From the NCBI RefSeq assembly GCF_000006765.1, contig NC_002516.2: 64,000 bases of DNA; one strand, given 5' to 3'. Source of the stretch: Pseudomonas aeruginosa PAO1. Lineage in GTDB: Bacteria > Pseudomonadota > Gammaproteobacteria > Pseudomonadales > Pseudomonadaceae. How positions within the stretch are numbered: position 1 is the stretch's first letter; every line of letters begins with the position of its first letter. Under the pieces are notes generated by a model. That model was not told the origin of the DNA and did not search any database. It saw only the letters and a list, made by a program, of their open reading frames with translations. Positions 1 through 8,844 of this stretch are shown here, piece by piece. Made by a program: the position numbers and the translations under genes.

Positions 1-60
1 GCCTACGAGATGGGTTTTTCTCTCTATCACGCCGGTCAATGCTTGCGCGTGGTTCTCTAG
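1..60 (+). CDS. 3' end of upstream gene (probably PA1028 oxidoreductase), partial
   Basis: Frame 1 is open from base 1 to TAG at 58-60 (AYEMGFSLYHAGQCLRVVL*). Identity rests on recalled synteny only. Confidence 0.4.
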   Translation, partial: AYEMGFSLYHAGQCLRVVL

Positions 61-76
61 GCTCGACCGAATCAAG

Positions 77-118
77 GTGTGTTTTCAGCAAAATAATGAT
101 AGTTTGTTGTAAACACAC
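77..118. promoter_or_regulatory. AT-rich promoter region of the TA operon with 8-bp inverted repeat (candidate antitoxin operator)
   Basis: GTGTGTTT (77-84) and AAACACAC (111-118) flank an AT-rich 26-bp core, just upstream of RBS GAGGAGG (121-127). Confidence 0.45.
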
Positions 119-132
119 ATGAGGAGGTCGTC

Positions 133-500
133 ATGAGCGCTCTCATCAAGGAACGTCCCAGCGCCGATGCCGTCCTGGCCAAGGCCGTCCTGGCCGCGCG
201 CGAGCAATTGGGGTGACGCAGCTCGAACTGGCCGGCATCGTCGGCGTCGATCGCAGCGCCATCAGCCGCTGGAAGACCCAGGGCTTGCGGGTGGACAGCA
301 AGACCGGCGAGCTGGCTCTGCTGCTGGTGCGAGTCTATCGCGCACTGTATGCCCTGTTCGGCGGGCAGCAGGAGGACATGCGCCACTTCCTGCGCACTCC
401 CAACCATCACCTGGCGGGCGAGCCGCTGGCACTGATGGGACAGGTGCAGGGCCTGGTTCATGTGCTGGAATACCTCGATGCGATCCGCGGCAAGGTCTGA
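133..500 (+). pseudogene. natR: Xre/MbcA-ParS-type antitoxin (NatR, PA1029), split by an apparent 1-bp deletion at ~213
   Basis: Strong RBS and ATG133 give MSALIKERPSADAVLAKAVLAAREQLG, then TGA at 214-216. The HTH continues in another frame from 213 (TQLELAGIVGVDRSAISRWK...LEYLDAIRGKV). The span 133-500 is 368 bp, one base short of a 122-aa gene. It may be an assembly error rather than a true pseudogene. Confidence 0.85.
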
Positions 501-634
501 TACCCGGCGCGCCTGTACGGGGGCCTACGCCTGTCACGGAAAAGGCTGGCAGCCAGAGGCGACAAGCCTGGCTGAATGGAGACTGCGGTGCCGCTACGCT
601 GGCATCCGACACCACAGGAAGCGAGGGGCGGAAG

Positions 635-1390
635 GTGAGCGAGATCTGGCGACAGTGCAAGGGTGAGCGGCATATCCGACCGCTCCAGGGGCGCCTGGTG
701 CGGTTGGTGGAGAGCCAGGAGCAGGTGGCGACCCTGCAATTGGTCGACACCCTGGAAGAACAGGCGTTGCTCGAGGAACTGCTCGAGTCGAGCAAGCCGC
801 CGGTGCCGGCGGATGCCGAGCCATTGCATTACCTGTTGAAGACCCCGTTCCGTTATCCGCCCTTGCGCTGGGGGTCGCGGTTTGGCCGTCGCCACGAGCC
901 AAGCCTGTTCTACGCCGCGCTGAAGCTGGAAACGGCCATGGCCGAAAGCGCGTATTACCGTTGCGTCCTGTGGAGTGGCATGGTGGTGCCGCCACCGAGC
1001 GGGAGGATTCTGTCCGAGCACGCTTCGTTCGAGGCGGGCTGGAAGGTGGAGCGGGGAATCCGTCTGCAGGCGCCGCCTTTCTCCGATCACGAGGCTGCGC
1101 TGACCGACATCGCCGACTACCGCGCTCCCCAGGAACTGGGAAGTGCCATGCGCAGCGCCGGGGTGCAGGCATTCGAATACCGTTCGGCGCGTTGCCCGGA
1201 GCGCGGCTGCAATGTCGCCCTGTTCACGCCCGCGGCCTTCACCGAAAAGCGTCCTCGCAACCTGACGCCCTGGCTGTGCGAAACCACGGCCGGTTACGTG
1301 GCCTTCAAGCCGGCGCATGTGCCGGGGTCGCCGAAAATCTTCTCCTGGGAGCTGTTCCTGGTGGACGGAAAGTTGCCGCATCCGGCGTGA
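635..1390 (+). CDS. natT: RES-domain NAD(P)-degrading toxin (NatT, PA1030), 251 aa
   Basis: GTG635 gives MSEIWRQCKGERHIRPLQGRLVRLVESQEQ. RES-family motifs RLVE, LFYAA..ETAMAES, YRSARCP and NVALF are present. It lies downstream of the Xre antitoxin. Confidence 0.9.
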   Translation: MSEIWRQCKGERHIRPLQGRLVRLVESQEQVATLQLVDTLEEQALLEELLESSKPPVPADAEPLHYLLKTPFRYPPLRWGSRFGRRHEPSLFYAALKLETAMAESAYYRCVLWSGMVVPPPSGRILSEHASFEAGWKVERGIRLQAPPFSDHEAALTDIADYRAPQELGSAMRSAGVQAFEYRSARCPERGCNVALFTPAAFTEKRPRNLTPWLCETTAGYVAFKPAHVPGSPKIFSWELFLVDGKLPHPA

Positions 1391-1531
1391 GTGGAGGGGG
1401 CTCGGTTGCCAGCGATCCGGGGGCACCGTCTGAAGGCCGCCACCTGCCTGTTGGGCAGGGCTGGCCTGCATGCCCCGAGGGAAAGAGCGGCTGAGGATTT
1501 CGAACGGCATTGCCCTGCAATGGGGCGGCAA

Positions 1532-1614
1532 GAGGCTTCGGCGAAAATTTGTGCACAAATGGAAAGCAGCTTGTCAAGGGTTGAGAGCGTTAGGCTCTAA
1601 ACGCTTGATTTTTC
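1532..1614. ncRNA. Possible small RNA (recalled PAO1 annotation P8/PA1030.1); boundaries uncertain
   Basis: Hairpin AGCGTT-N8-AACGCT followed by a T-run at ~1586-1613. The sRNA assignment is recalled, not derivable from the sequence. Confidence 0.25.
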
Positions 1615-1639
1615 ATGTTTGAAACGTAACTTATTGAAA
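1598..1639 (-). promoter_or_regulatory. Two IHF-type binding sites
   Basis: Minus strand AATCAAGCGTTTA (1598-1610) is a perfect WATCAANNNNTTR match. TTTCAATAAGTTA (1627-1639) has 1 mismatch. Both lie in an AT-rich tract. Confidence 0.6.
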
Positions 1640-1724
1640 AATAACGATAAAAATAGTTGGTGAAAAAATCGTCAATCTGTCCCATAGCCCCACTCCATCG
1701 GGGGTTCGGCAGTTTTTTAGGGGC

Positions 1725-1759
1725 TTTTCCACTGGGTTATCCACAGGATCTGTGGATTT
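1725..1759. promoter_or_regulatory. Three DnaA boxes in DARS-like arrangement
   Basis: TTTTCCACT (1725-33), 3-bp spacer, perfect TTATCCACA (1737-45), 5-bp spacer, inverted TGTGGATTT (1751-59). Confidence 0.7.
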
Positions 1760-2043
1760 CCCAAGCGCTTGCTCGACAGCACATCGCACGCTCCAAGGCA
1801 AGCCCTGTAGCCGCGACAAAAATGCCGTGGAAGCAGAAATGTCCTGGCGGCGAAGGGCGCAGGGCGATGGCTTCCGTTACGGAAGTATCTGAGATGTCCT
1901 GCGCATGGGGTACGCACAGCTCGGAAGCGGAGTGCTCGTTCGGCGCGGCGCTATTCGCTCGACGGTCTTTTCCCAAGAACCTAGAATCCGCTGCACGCGC
2001 GCCTGCCAGGCGGGTGTTGCGTCGTTTTCCGCTGGAGTGCCCC

Positions 2044-3519
2044 ATGCCCGTCGATCTACCGAACCTGTTGCTTGGCCTGCTGGCTGCCGCGATTCCCCTG
2101 GCCGGCCTGGCATGGCAGCTACAGAGAAGGGCCAGCCTGGCGGAGCGCGAGATAGCCTTGCTCGGCGAGCGACTGGCGACCGCGCAACTGGCCCAGGACG
2201 GGCTGAATGCGCAGTTGGAGACCAGCAGGGAGGCTTACCAGCAACTCGGCGAGCGCCATGCCAGGTTCGCCGGTGAGGTCGCCGCGCTGCGTCGGGAAGC
2301 CGAGTTGATGGGGGAGGAGCGGCAACGGGCGTCCCAGGCGGAGGCACGTTGGGCCAGCGAGCGCCAGGGCCGGGAAGAGGAATTGCGTCGCCTGGCTTCC
2401 GAACGGGCTGCGCTGGCTGCGGAACTGCGCGAGCAGCAGGAAAGCCACCAGCAGCGCCTGACCGACCTGCAGTCGGCCCGCGACGAGTTGCGGGCACAGT
2501 TCGCCGAACTGGCGGGAAAGATCTTCGACGAACGCGAACAGCGTTTCGCCGAAACCAGTCAGCAGCGCCTGGGGCAGATGCTCGATCCGCTCAAGGAGCG
2601 CATCCAGGCGTTCGAGAAGCGGGTGGAGGAAAGCTACCAGCAGGAAGCGCGCGAGCGTTTCTCCCTGAGCAAGGAACTGGAGCGTCTGCAGCAGCTCAAC
2701 CTGCGCCTGGGCGAGGAAGCGACCAACCTGACCCGCGCGCTCAAGGGCCAGAAGACCCAGGGCAACTGGGGCGAACTGGTGCTGGAGCGGGTGCTCGAGC
2801 ATGCGGGCCTGGAAAAAGGCCGGGAATACGAGACCCAGGTCAGCCTGAAGGGCGCCGAGGGCGAACGCTTCCAGCCGGACGTGCTGATCCGCCTGCCCGG
2901 CGACAAGCAGGTGGTGGTGGATGCCAAGGTCAGTCTCACGGCCTACCAGCAGTACATCGCCGCTGACGACGATCTGCTGCGCCAGCAGGCGCTGAAGCAG
3001 CACGTAACGTCGTTGCGCAACCATGTGAAAGGCCTCTCCGGCAAGGACTATCGACGCCTGGAAGGGTTGCACAGCCTCGACTTCGTCCTGCTGTTCATGC
3101 CGATCGAGGCGGCTTTTTCGACGGCCCTGCAGGCCGAGCCGAACCTGTTCCAGGACGCCTTCGCGCAGAATATCGTGATCGTCAGCCCGACCACCCTGCT
3201 GGCCACCCTGCGGGTAATCGACAGCCTCTGGCGCCAGGAGCGGCAGAACCAGAATGCGCGGGAAATCGCCGAACGTGCCGGTTCGCTGTATGACAAGTTC
3301 GTGCTCTTCGTCCAGGACCTCGATGAGGTCGGTTCGCGCCTGCAGCAACTGGACAAGGCCTATGCCGCGGCGCGCAACAAGCTCACCGAGGGACGTGGCA
3401 ACCTGATCAGTCGCAGCGAGCAACTCAAGCTGCTCGGTGCCCGCGCCAGCAAGAGCCTGCCGACGGACTGGCTGGACCGGGCGCTGGTGGCGCCCGTGGA
3501 AGAGGCCGGAGAGGAGTGA
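2044..3519 (+). CDS. rmuC: DNA recombination protein RmuC (PA1031)
   Basis: GGAG RBS before ATG2044. N-terminal TM helix, coiled coil, then RmuC motifs QGNWGELVLERVLE, PDVLIRLP, VVDAKVSL and DFVLLFMPIE. Confidence 0.92.
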   Translation: MPVDLPNLLLGLLAAAIPLAGLAWQLQRRASLAEREIALLGERLATAQLAQDGLNAQLETSREAYQQLGERHARFAGEVAALRREAELMGEERQRASQAEARWASERQGREEELRRLASERAALAAELREQQESHQQRLTDLQSARDELRAQFAELAGKIFDEREQRFAETSQQRLGQMLDPLKERIQAFEKRVEESYQQEARERFSLSKELERLQQLNLRLGEEATNLTRALKGQKTQGNWGELVLERVLEHAGLEKGREYETQVSLKGAEGERFQPDVLIRLPGDKQVVVDAKVSLTAYQQYIAADDDLLRQQALKQHVTSLRNHVKGLSGKDYRRLEGLHSLDFVLLFMPIEAAFSTALQAEPNLFQDAFAQNIVIVSPTTLLATLRVIDSLWRQERQNQNAREIAERAGSLYDKFVLFVQDLDEVGSRLQQLDKAYAAARNKLTEGRGNLISRSEQLKLLGARASKSLPTDWLDRALVAPVEEAGEE

Positions 3520-3576
3520 GATCAGTTCGATCCCGTGCCCGGGCTTTCGAGAAAACGGAGGCTTTCCGGGAGGGGG

Positions 3577-3606
3577 ATAAAAGAAGGGCGTCCGGAAGGA
3601 CGCCCT
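3577..3606 (-). terminator. Intrinsic terminator downstream of quiP
   Basis: GGGCGTCC-GGAA-GGACGCCC stem (3586-3605) with a U-rich tail on the minus strand. A second hairpin lies at 3644-3668. Confidence 0.7.
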
Positions 3607-3673
3607 GAAGATGATCATGGAGTAAGTCGGCTGTTCAGAGCCACGGCGCGGAGGAAAGTTCCGCGCCGTCCGT

Positions 3674-6217
3674 TCAGCGAGCGGGAGTGAGCGTCAGCCG
3701 CTTGTTGCCGTAAACGCGATCGAGGTTCTGTGGCTGGAACGGGAAGCTAACGTAGCGCCCCTTGAGCCAGGCGTCGATACCGTCGGCGTAGTGCGGGCTG
3801 GCCGGATTGCCGGATTGGCCGCTGCTGTTCACGCCGATCATCGGTTCGCTCTGGCCGAAGTCGACGATCAGCCGCATCGCCGGGATCAGCCAAGTGTCGA
3901 AGTCCTGGCCCCAGCCGTAGGCCGATACGTCCAGCGTGGTGTGGTCGCCGCCGGCCGGATAGGGTCCGCGATCGAGATAGCCCTTGATCGCGCCGAGTCC
4001 GGCGCGCTCGCCGGCGCCCAGGTAGGGGGCCATTTTCGAGCTGTCGCTCTGCCATTCGTAGGTGTGCAGCTTGCCCCATTGCCAGGCCTTGCGCTCGCTC
4101 CCCAGTCGCTGTTCGCAGAACTCCACGGCGGCGGCGAGGCTGCGCGCGAGGATTGCCGGCTTGTCCTCCTTCTGCGGAGTGCGGGTATCGTCCCAGAACG
4201 GACTGTCGTCGCGCCCGAGCAGGTGGTCGGCTTGCGCCGAGTAGGAGAGGTTGGCGGTCTCGACGAAGGCTTTCCAGGCAGGGCCGTCCTCCGGTCCTAG
4301 CTCGTCGAGGAATATCTGCCTGGCGCTCTCGTGGAGGAAGGCGCCGTACAGCGCGGCGTCGCTGGAGCTGGCTGTCAGCTTGCCGTCGAACGCCATCAGC
4401 CGGTCGTAGGCCTCCCGCGCCCGGCTGCGTTGCGCCTCCGGCAAGGCGTCGATGGCCTGGCGCAGCGGCAGCGCCATGCCGGGATTGTCGAACATGGCTT
4501 GCAGCTTGGCGACGAACAGCGAGGTCTGGTCGTACTGCATGCGGATCATGCTCTGGGTGTCGTGGCTCTTGCTGGCACCGGCGAGCTGGGCGATGCGCTC
4601 GGCGCGCTCCGGGTAGTACCAGGAATTGGACAACTGGGCGCCGTAGCCGGGCTGCACGGTGCGGTGGTTGGCGGTACCCAGCCAGCCCTGCTGCGGGTCC
4701 TGGTCGGACGGGTGGAGGATCGGGTCGGCATAGCCATCCCAGTCGTAGCGGCCGTCCCAGCCAGGGGAGGGCAGCAGGCCACGACCTTCCTTGCGGTTCG
4801 GATAGCGTCCGGTGACCTGCCAGCCGATGTGCTTTTCGTCGGCGAACACGATGTTCAGCGGCATCGCGCGAATCTCGCGGGTGGCGTCGAAGGCCTGCTC
4901 GATGGTCTTGGCCCGCGACAGGTCGAAGAAGCCGTCCAGGGTCTTGTCGGCTTCCTGCTGGATGCTCCGGTAGGCCAGTCCGTAGCCGCTCTTCAGCGGC
5001 AGCGGCTGGAGGATGTTCTTGCGCTCGCCCAGGGCGCTGTTGAGCAGCGGGCCATGGCGGGTTTCGTGGATGACCTCGCGGATCGGCCGCTGGCCCTTGA
5101 TGAAGAAGGTTTCCTGGCGTTCGCGGGTTGGCTGCCACTTGCCGTCGGCCAGGTAATAGAGCCGGTTGCCCTGGCGTCGCAGCTGTTCCAGGTAGAGATC
5201 CTGGTTGTCGCCCAGGACCATGGTCATGCCCCAGGCCAGCTTGCCGTTGAAGCCCGCCACCACGCCCGGCAGACCGGCGATGGAAACGCCCGCGGCCTGG
5301 TACTTGGGCGAGCGGATCTGCACGTAGTTCCACACCGACGGCATGCTCAGCGGCAGGTGGGTGTCGTTGGCCATCAGGCTCTTGCCGCTGCGGCTGCGTT
5401 GCGGCGCGATAGCCCAGTTGTTCGAGGCGGCGACCCCGAGCATGCTCAGCGCTGCGACCTGCCGCGCCGCGCCCTCGACGCCCGCGAGGCCGGGAACCTG
5501 CCCGTCCAGGCGCAGGCCCTTGAGCTTTTCCGCCTCGTCGAACGGCAGGTTTTCGTCGGGATAGGTCGGCGTCAGCCAGGCCAGCTTGTCGCTGCCGACC
5601 TTCTGCGCGAGCGTCAGCGAGGCGATTTCTTCCTGCAGGTTCACCGCCAGGCCGAAGTTGAGCAGGGCGAAGACCAGCGCCGAGTCCTCGGGCTTCCAGT
5701 ATTCCGGACGGTAGCCGGACTGGGCCAGGTCCATCGGCAGCTTGTCGCGATAGCGATACAGGTAGGCGTTGACCCCGCGCGCGTAGACCTCGAAGAAGCG
5801 TTGCAGGCGCGGCGAGGCGTTCCTGTACTGGATCTCCGCAGCCTGGCGCAGGTTCACGGTACGCATGAAACGGTCGATCTCCAGCGCGCCGGGGCCGACC
5901 ATCTCGGCCAGCCGTCCCTGGGCCAGCAGGCGCAGGCTGACCATCTGGCTCAGGCGGTCGGAGGCGTGTACGTAGCCCAGGGCGAACAGCGCGTCATGGA
6001 AGGTGCCGGTTTCGATCAGTGGCATGCCCAGCGCGTTGCGCCGGATCGATACGTTTTGCGCCAGGCCCTTGATCGGTTGTACGCCGGAGGTCGGCGGCAG
6101 GCTGTCGGCGTAGCGATCGTCGAGCCAGGACTGGCAACCGGCCAGGCCCAGGAGGGTGCCGAAGGCCGCGGCGGCGCCGCAACGGGGAAGAAAACGCATG
6201 AAGGCTGGCGAGGCCAT
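3674..6217 (-). CDS. quiP: Acyl-homoserine lactone acylase QuiP, Ntn hydrolase (PA1032), 847 aa
   Basis: Penicillin amidase family. Beta-subunit start SNNWAIAP, then ANDTHL; N-terminal lipoprotein-like signal. Confidence 0.93.
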   Translation of the reverse strand: MASPAFMRFLPRCGAAAAFGTLLGLAGCQSWLDDRYADSLPPTSGVQPIKGLAQNVSIRRNALGMPLIETGTFHDALFALGYVHASDRLSQMVSLRLLAQGRLAEMVGPGALEIDRFMRTVNLRQAAEIQYRNASPRLQRFFEVYARGVNAYLYRYRDKLPMDLAQSGYRPEYWKPEDSALVFALLNFGLAVNLQEEIASLTLAQKVGSDKLAWLTPTYPDENLPFDEAEKLKGLRLDGQVPGLAGVEGAARQVAALSMLGVAASNNWAIAPQRSRSGKSLMANDTHLPLSMPSVWNYVQIRSPKYQAAGVSIAGLPGVVAGFNGKLAWGMTMVLGDNQDLYLEQLRRQGNRLYYLADGKWQPTRERQETFFIKGQRPIREVIHETRHGPLLNSALGERKNILQPLPLKSGYGLAYRSIQQEADKTLDGFFDLSRAKTIEQAFDATREIRAMPLNIVFADEKHIGWQVTGRYPNRKEGRGLLPSPGWDGRYDWDGYADPILHPSDQDPQQGWLGTANHRTVQPGYGAQLSNSWYYPERAERIAQLAGASKSHDTQSMIRMQYDQTSLFVAKLQAMFDNPGMALPLRQAIDALPEAQRSRAREAYDRLMAFDGKLTASSSDAALYGAFLHESARQIFLDELGPEDGPAWKAFVETANLSYSAQADHLLGRDDSPFWDDTRTPQKEDKPAILARSLAAAVEFCEQRLGSERKAWQWGKLHTYEWQSDSSKMAPYLGAGERAGLGAIKGYLDRGPYPAGGDHTTLDVSAYGWGQDFDTWLIPAMRLIVDFGQSEPMIGVNSSGQSGNPASPHYADGIDAWLKGRYVSFPFQPQNLDRVYGNKRLTLTPAR

Positions 6218-6339
6218 GGGGTGGGGGCTCCTGCGGGAGTGGTCGCGTCGAGAGGCGCTACGTTAGTGAGGAGCGCAGGGCTGCGCAAGCTCCGCCTGCG
6301 GTCGTCCGCGAGGACGTCCGCAGGCCGGCTCGGGACTCG

Positions 6340-6981
6340 CTACTTCGGCGGATTGATGCGCTCCACCAAAGCATAGGCGCGTTGCGTCGCCGGACGCTGG
6401 CGAATGCTCTCGAACCAGCGCTGCAGGTGCGGGAAGTCGGCGAGATCCTGCTCCTGCCACTGGTGCGGGACGATCCACGGATAGATGGCCATGTCGGCGA
6501 TGCTGTAGTCGTCGCCGGCGACGAAGGCGCGGTCCGCCAGGCGCTGGTCGAGAACGCCGTACAGGCGCGCGGTTTCCTTGACGTACCGGTCGATGGCGTA
6601 GGGAATCTTCTCCGGGGCGAAGCGGTTGAAATGGTGGTTCTGCCCGGCCATCGGCCCCAGCCCGCCCATCTGCCAGAACAGCCACTGCAGGGTTTCCTGG
6701 CGCGCGCGCAGGTCCTTGGCGAGGAAGCGTCCAGTCTTTTCCGCGAGATAGAGCAGGATGGCGCCGGACTCGAACAGCGACAGGGGAGCGCCGCCGTCGG
6801 CCGGTTGGCGATCGACGATGGCGGGAATCTTGTTGTTCGGCGACACCTTCAGGAAATCCGCCTGGAACTGGTCGCCCTGGCTGATGTTGATCGGATGGAT
6901 GGCGTAGGGCAGGCCGGTTTCTTCCAGGAAAAGAGTAATCTTGTGGCCGTTCGGGGTGGTCCAGTAGTACAGGTCGATCAT
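6340..6981 (-). CDS. Glutathione S-transferase family protein, YfcG-like (PA1033)
   Basis: MIDLYYWTTPNGHK, PNNKIPAI, LFESGAIL and SIADMAIYPW motifs. Confidence 0.92.
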   Translation of the reverse strand: MIDLYYWTTPNGHKITLFLEETGLPYAIHPINISQGDQFQADFLKVSPNNKIPAIVDRQPADGGAPLSLFESGAILLYLAEKTGRFLAKDLRARQETLQWLFWQMGGLGPMAGQNHHFNRFAPEKIPYAIDRYVKETARLYGVLDQRLADRAFVAGDDYSIADMAIYPWIVPHQWQEQDLADFPHLQRWFESIRQRPATQRAYALVERINPPK

Positions 6982-7098
6982 CGGTGCGTCTCCGGCTCGT
7001 CGATGGGCTACGAACGGAAGACTCTACGCCAGGAACGTAGGTTCGATGCAAACCGCTGTCGCGCATGACGCCCCGGCGGGGCTGGTGGCGCGCCAACG

Positions 7099-7124
7099 AA
7101 AAGGCCCGCTGCTCAGCGGGCCTT
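7099..7124 (-). terminator. Intrinsic terminator after the SEC-C gene
   Basis: AAGGCCCGCT-GCTC-AGCGGGCCTT with TTTT on the minus strand. Confidence 0.7.
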
Positions 7125-7147
7125 CGGATGCCGGCGCGTGCGAAGGG

Positions 7148-7348
7148 TCAGGCGCCGTGGCACTTCTTGAATTTCTTCTCGCTGCCGCAGGGGCAGGGAT
7201 CGTTGCGGCCTACGGCCTTGAGCGGATTGCGCACCGGCTCGTGGCTGTGGTTGCAGTGCGGACCATGGACATGACCATGGCCATGATCGTGATGATGATC
7301 GTGGTCGTGGTTGCAGTTCGGGCCGTGTACGTGGGGTTCCTGACTCAT
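7148..7348 (-). CDS. His-rich SEC-C metal-binding small protein (PA1034), 66 aa
   Basis: HVHGPxCNH twice, poly-His/Asp stretch, C-terminal [19 protein letters not shown]. Confidence 0.88.
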   Translation of the reverse strand: MSQEPHVHGPNCNHDHDHHHDHGHGHVHGPHCNHSHEPVRNPLKAVGRNDPCPCGSEKKFKKCHGA

Positions 7349-7355
7349 GGTGGAC

Positions 7356-7850
7356 CTATTCTGGGATGAAATCGCCGGGAATTATCTCGCCATTTCGTCT
7401 CAGGTGCACGCTGCGGCCGAACATCAGTCCGGTCTTCACTTCGCCTTGCAGGCGGTAGCGGATCGGCTCCTCGGGACGCTCGAGGAGCTTGACGATGTAT
7501 TTCATGTGGCGCCAGAGATTGGTTCGCACCGGCACGTCGAATACCTCGTGGCCGTGGGCGGGAACCGTGAACCACTGGCCGGACTCGCCTTCTGCGAGCT
7601 GGATGTCGTTCAGTTGCACGGCGTACTGCAGGCCGCGTACCGGCAGGCTGAAATCGTTGGGGTTGTCGATGCGGAAGCGCATCACGAACTCCTGTTCCAG
7701 CAAGCGTGCCTTGACCACTTCCACCTTCAGCAGCTTGACGTCGGGGTCTTCGAAGCTGCCGGTCATCCAGCTGCAGCCCGAGAGATGGGAGAGAACTCCC
7801 CACGCCATTATTAGGCTGATAATTCTTATCATTTGCGCCTGGTAATTCAT
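7356..7850 (-). CDS. LEA type 2 (WHy domain) lipoprotein (PA1035)
   Basis: Lipobox LSGC; [18 protein letters not shown] motif. Confidence 0.85.
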   Translation of the reverse strand: MNYQAQMIRIISLIMAWGVLSHLSGCSWMTGSFEDPDVKLLKVEVVKARLLEQEFVMRFRIDNPNDFSLPVRGLQYAVQLNDIQLAEGESGQWFTVPAHGHEVFDVPVRTNLWRHMKYIVKLLERPEEPIRYRLQGEVKTGLMFGRSVHLRRNGEIIPGDFIPE

Positions 7851-8164
7851 GCTATTCCCCCCGAGACGCCCCAGTTTAACAAGCAGTGATTGTGCTGCAA
7901 CTTATTGTTGTATAGAGGAAAGATGTTTCAGGTACAGGCCTGTGTCCATATGTTTCCCATAGCGCAGTCGGGGGAGCATGGAGAAGCGCGTACGCCCGTG
8001 CAAGTCTTCCCGTCGGCTGGCGTGACCGGCTCGGCTAACCTGAACGGACCCGCCGGCCGATTTGCCGGACCCAGTCACTCCACGCGTGGCTGTCGATGGG
8101 TACAATCGCTCGACGAAACGCCAGGGCCGCCATGCCGAGCGGCCCTTCACTCGGAGAGATGCCA

Positions 8165-8725
8165 ATGAGCCGCTTTGAAATCGCCTTTTCCGGCCAGTTG
8201 GTCGCCGGCGCCCGTCCCGAGGTGGTCAAGGCCAACCTGGCCAAGCTGTTCCAGGCCGACGCGCAGCGTATCGAACTGCTGTTCTCCGGCCGCCGGGTGG
8301 TGATCAAGAACAACCTCGATGCCGCCTCCGCGGAAAAATACCGCAGCGTGCTGGAGCGAGCGGGAGCGATCGCCGTGGTCGCCGAGATGGAGGTCGAGGA
8401 GGTGGTCATGGCGCCGCCGCCTGCGCAGACGACTCCCGTGGAGGCCCCGCAGACCCGCGCCGCTACTGGTACCAGCGCGCCCGCCGGACGCTTGCAGGTA
8501 GCGCCGCGGGACGGCTACATGGCGGCGTTCGCCGAGGTCGATGCGCCGGATTTCGGCCTGGCTCCGGTAGGCGCCGACCTACAGGACGCCAAGGCCGAAG
8601 CCGAGGCGCCGAAACTCGACCTGAGCCGCTTCAGCGTCGCCCCGGTCGGTAGCGACATGGGCCAGGCACGCTCCGAGCCAGCGGCTCCGGCTCCGGACAC
8701 CAGCCACCTGCGCCTGCAGGACTGA
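8165..8725 (+). CDS. Hypothetical protein (PA1036): L7/L12-CTD-like N-terminus and Ala/Pro-rich repeat tail
   Basis: GGAGAG RBS 6 nt before ATG8165; typical codon usage. Confidence 0.8.
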   Translation: MSRFEIAFSGQLVAGARPEVVKANLAKLFQADAQRIELLFSGRRVVIKNNLDAASAEKYRSVLERAGAIAVVAEMEVEEVVMAPPPAQTTPVEAPQTRAATGTSAPAGRLQVAPRDGYMAAFAEVDAPDFGLAPVGADLQDAKAEAEAPKLDLSRFSVAPVGSDMGQARSEPAAPAPDTSHLRLQD

Positions 8726-8844
8726 GGCGGGCAGCGGCCTGCGACAAGCCAGGGCGTGGGGCGGATAACCGCGTCGCGAGGCCGTGGCATCGGGGACAGG
8801 CGAGGGGTTGGAGGAACGCGTCGGCCAGGGGGCAGGCGCTTGCT

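Noticed and set aside
72-461. 129-aa antisense ORF over the antitoxin
   Set aside because: Shadow of natR with no supporting features.
167-634. N-terminal extension making a 407-aa toxin that overlaps the antitoxin
   Set aside because: Low-complexity Arg/Pro/Gly translation overlapping natR. The RES domain begins at GTG635, so the open frame is probably chance in GC-rich DNA.
1596-1680. AT-rich tract as a horizontally acquired scar or as oriC
   Set aside because: Short, with no att, IS or repeat ends. There is no dnaA/gidA context or 13-mer DUE array, so a protein-binding element explains it better.
1747-1750. GATC between the DnaA boxes as a Dam/SeqA signal
   Set aside because: P. aeruginosa lacks an E. 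coli-type Dam/SeqA system, and a single GATC is not informative.
4331-6376. 681-aa plus-strand ORF, and similar long antisense ORFs over rmuC, shaA, the GH50 gene, bra and flg genes
   Set aside because: They mirror well-supported genes on the opposite strand, have atypical composition and lack RBS or domain evidence.
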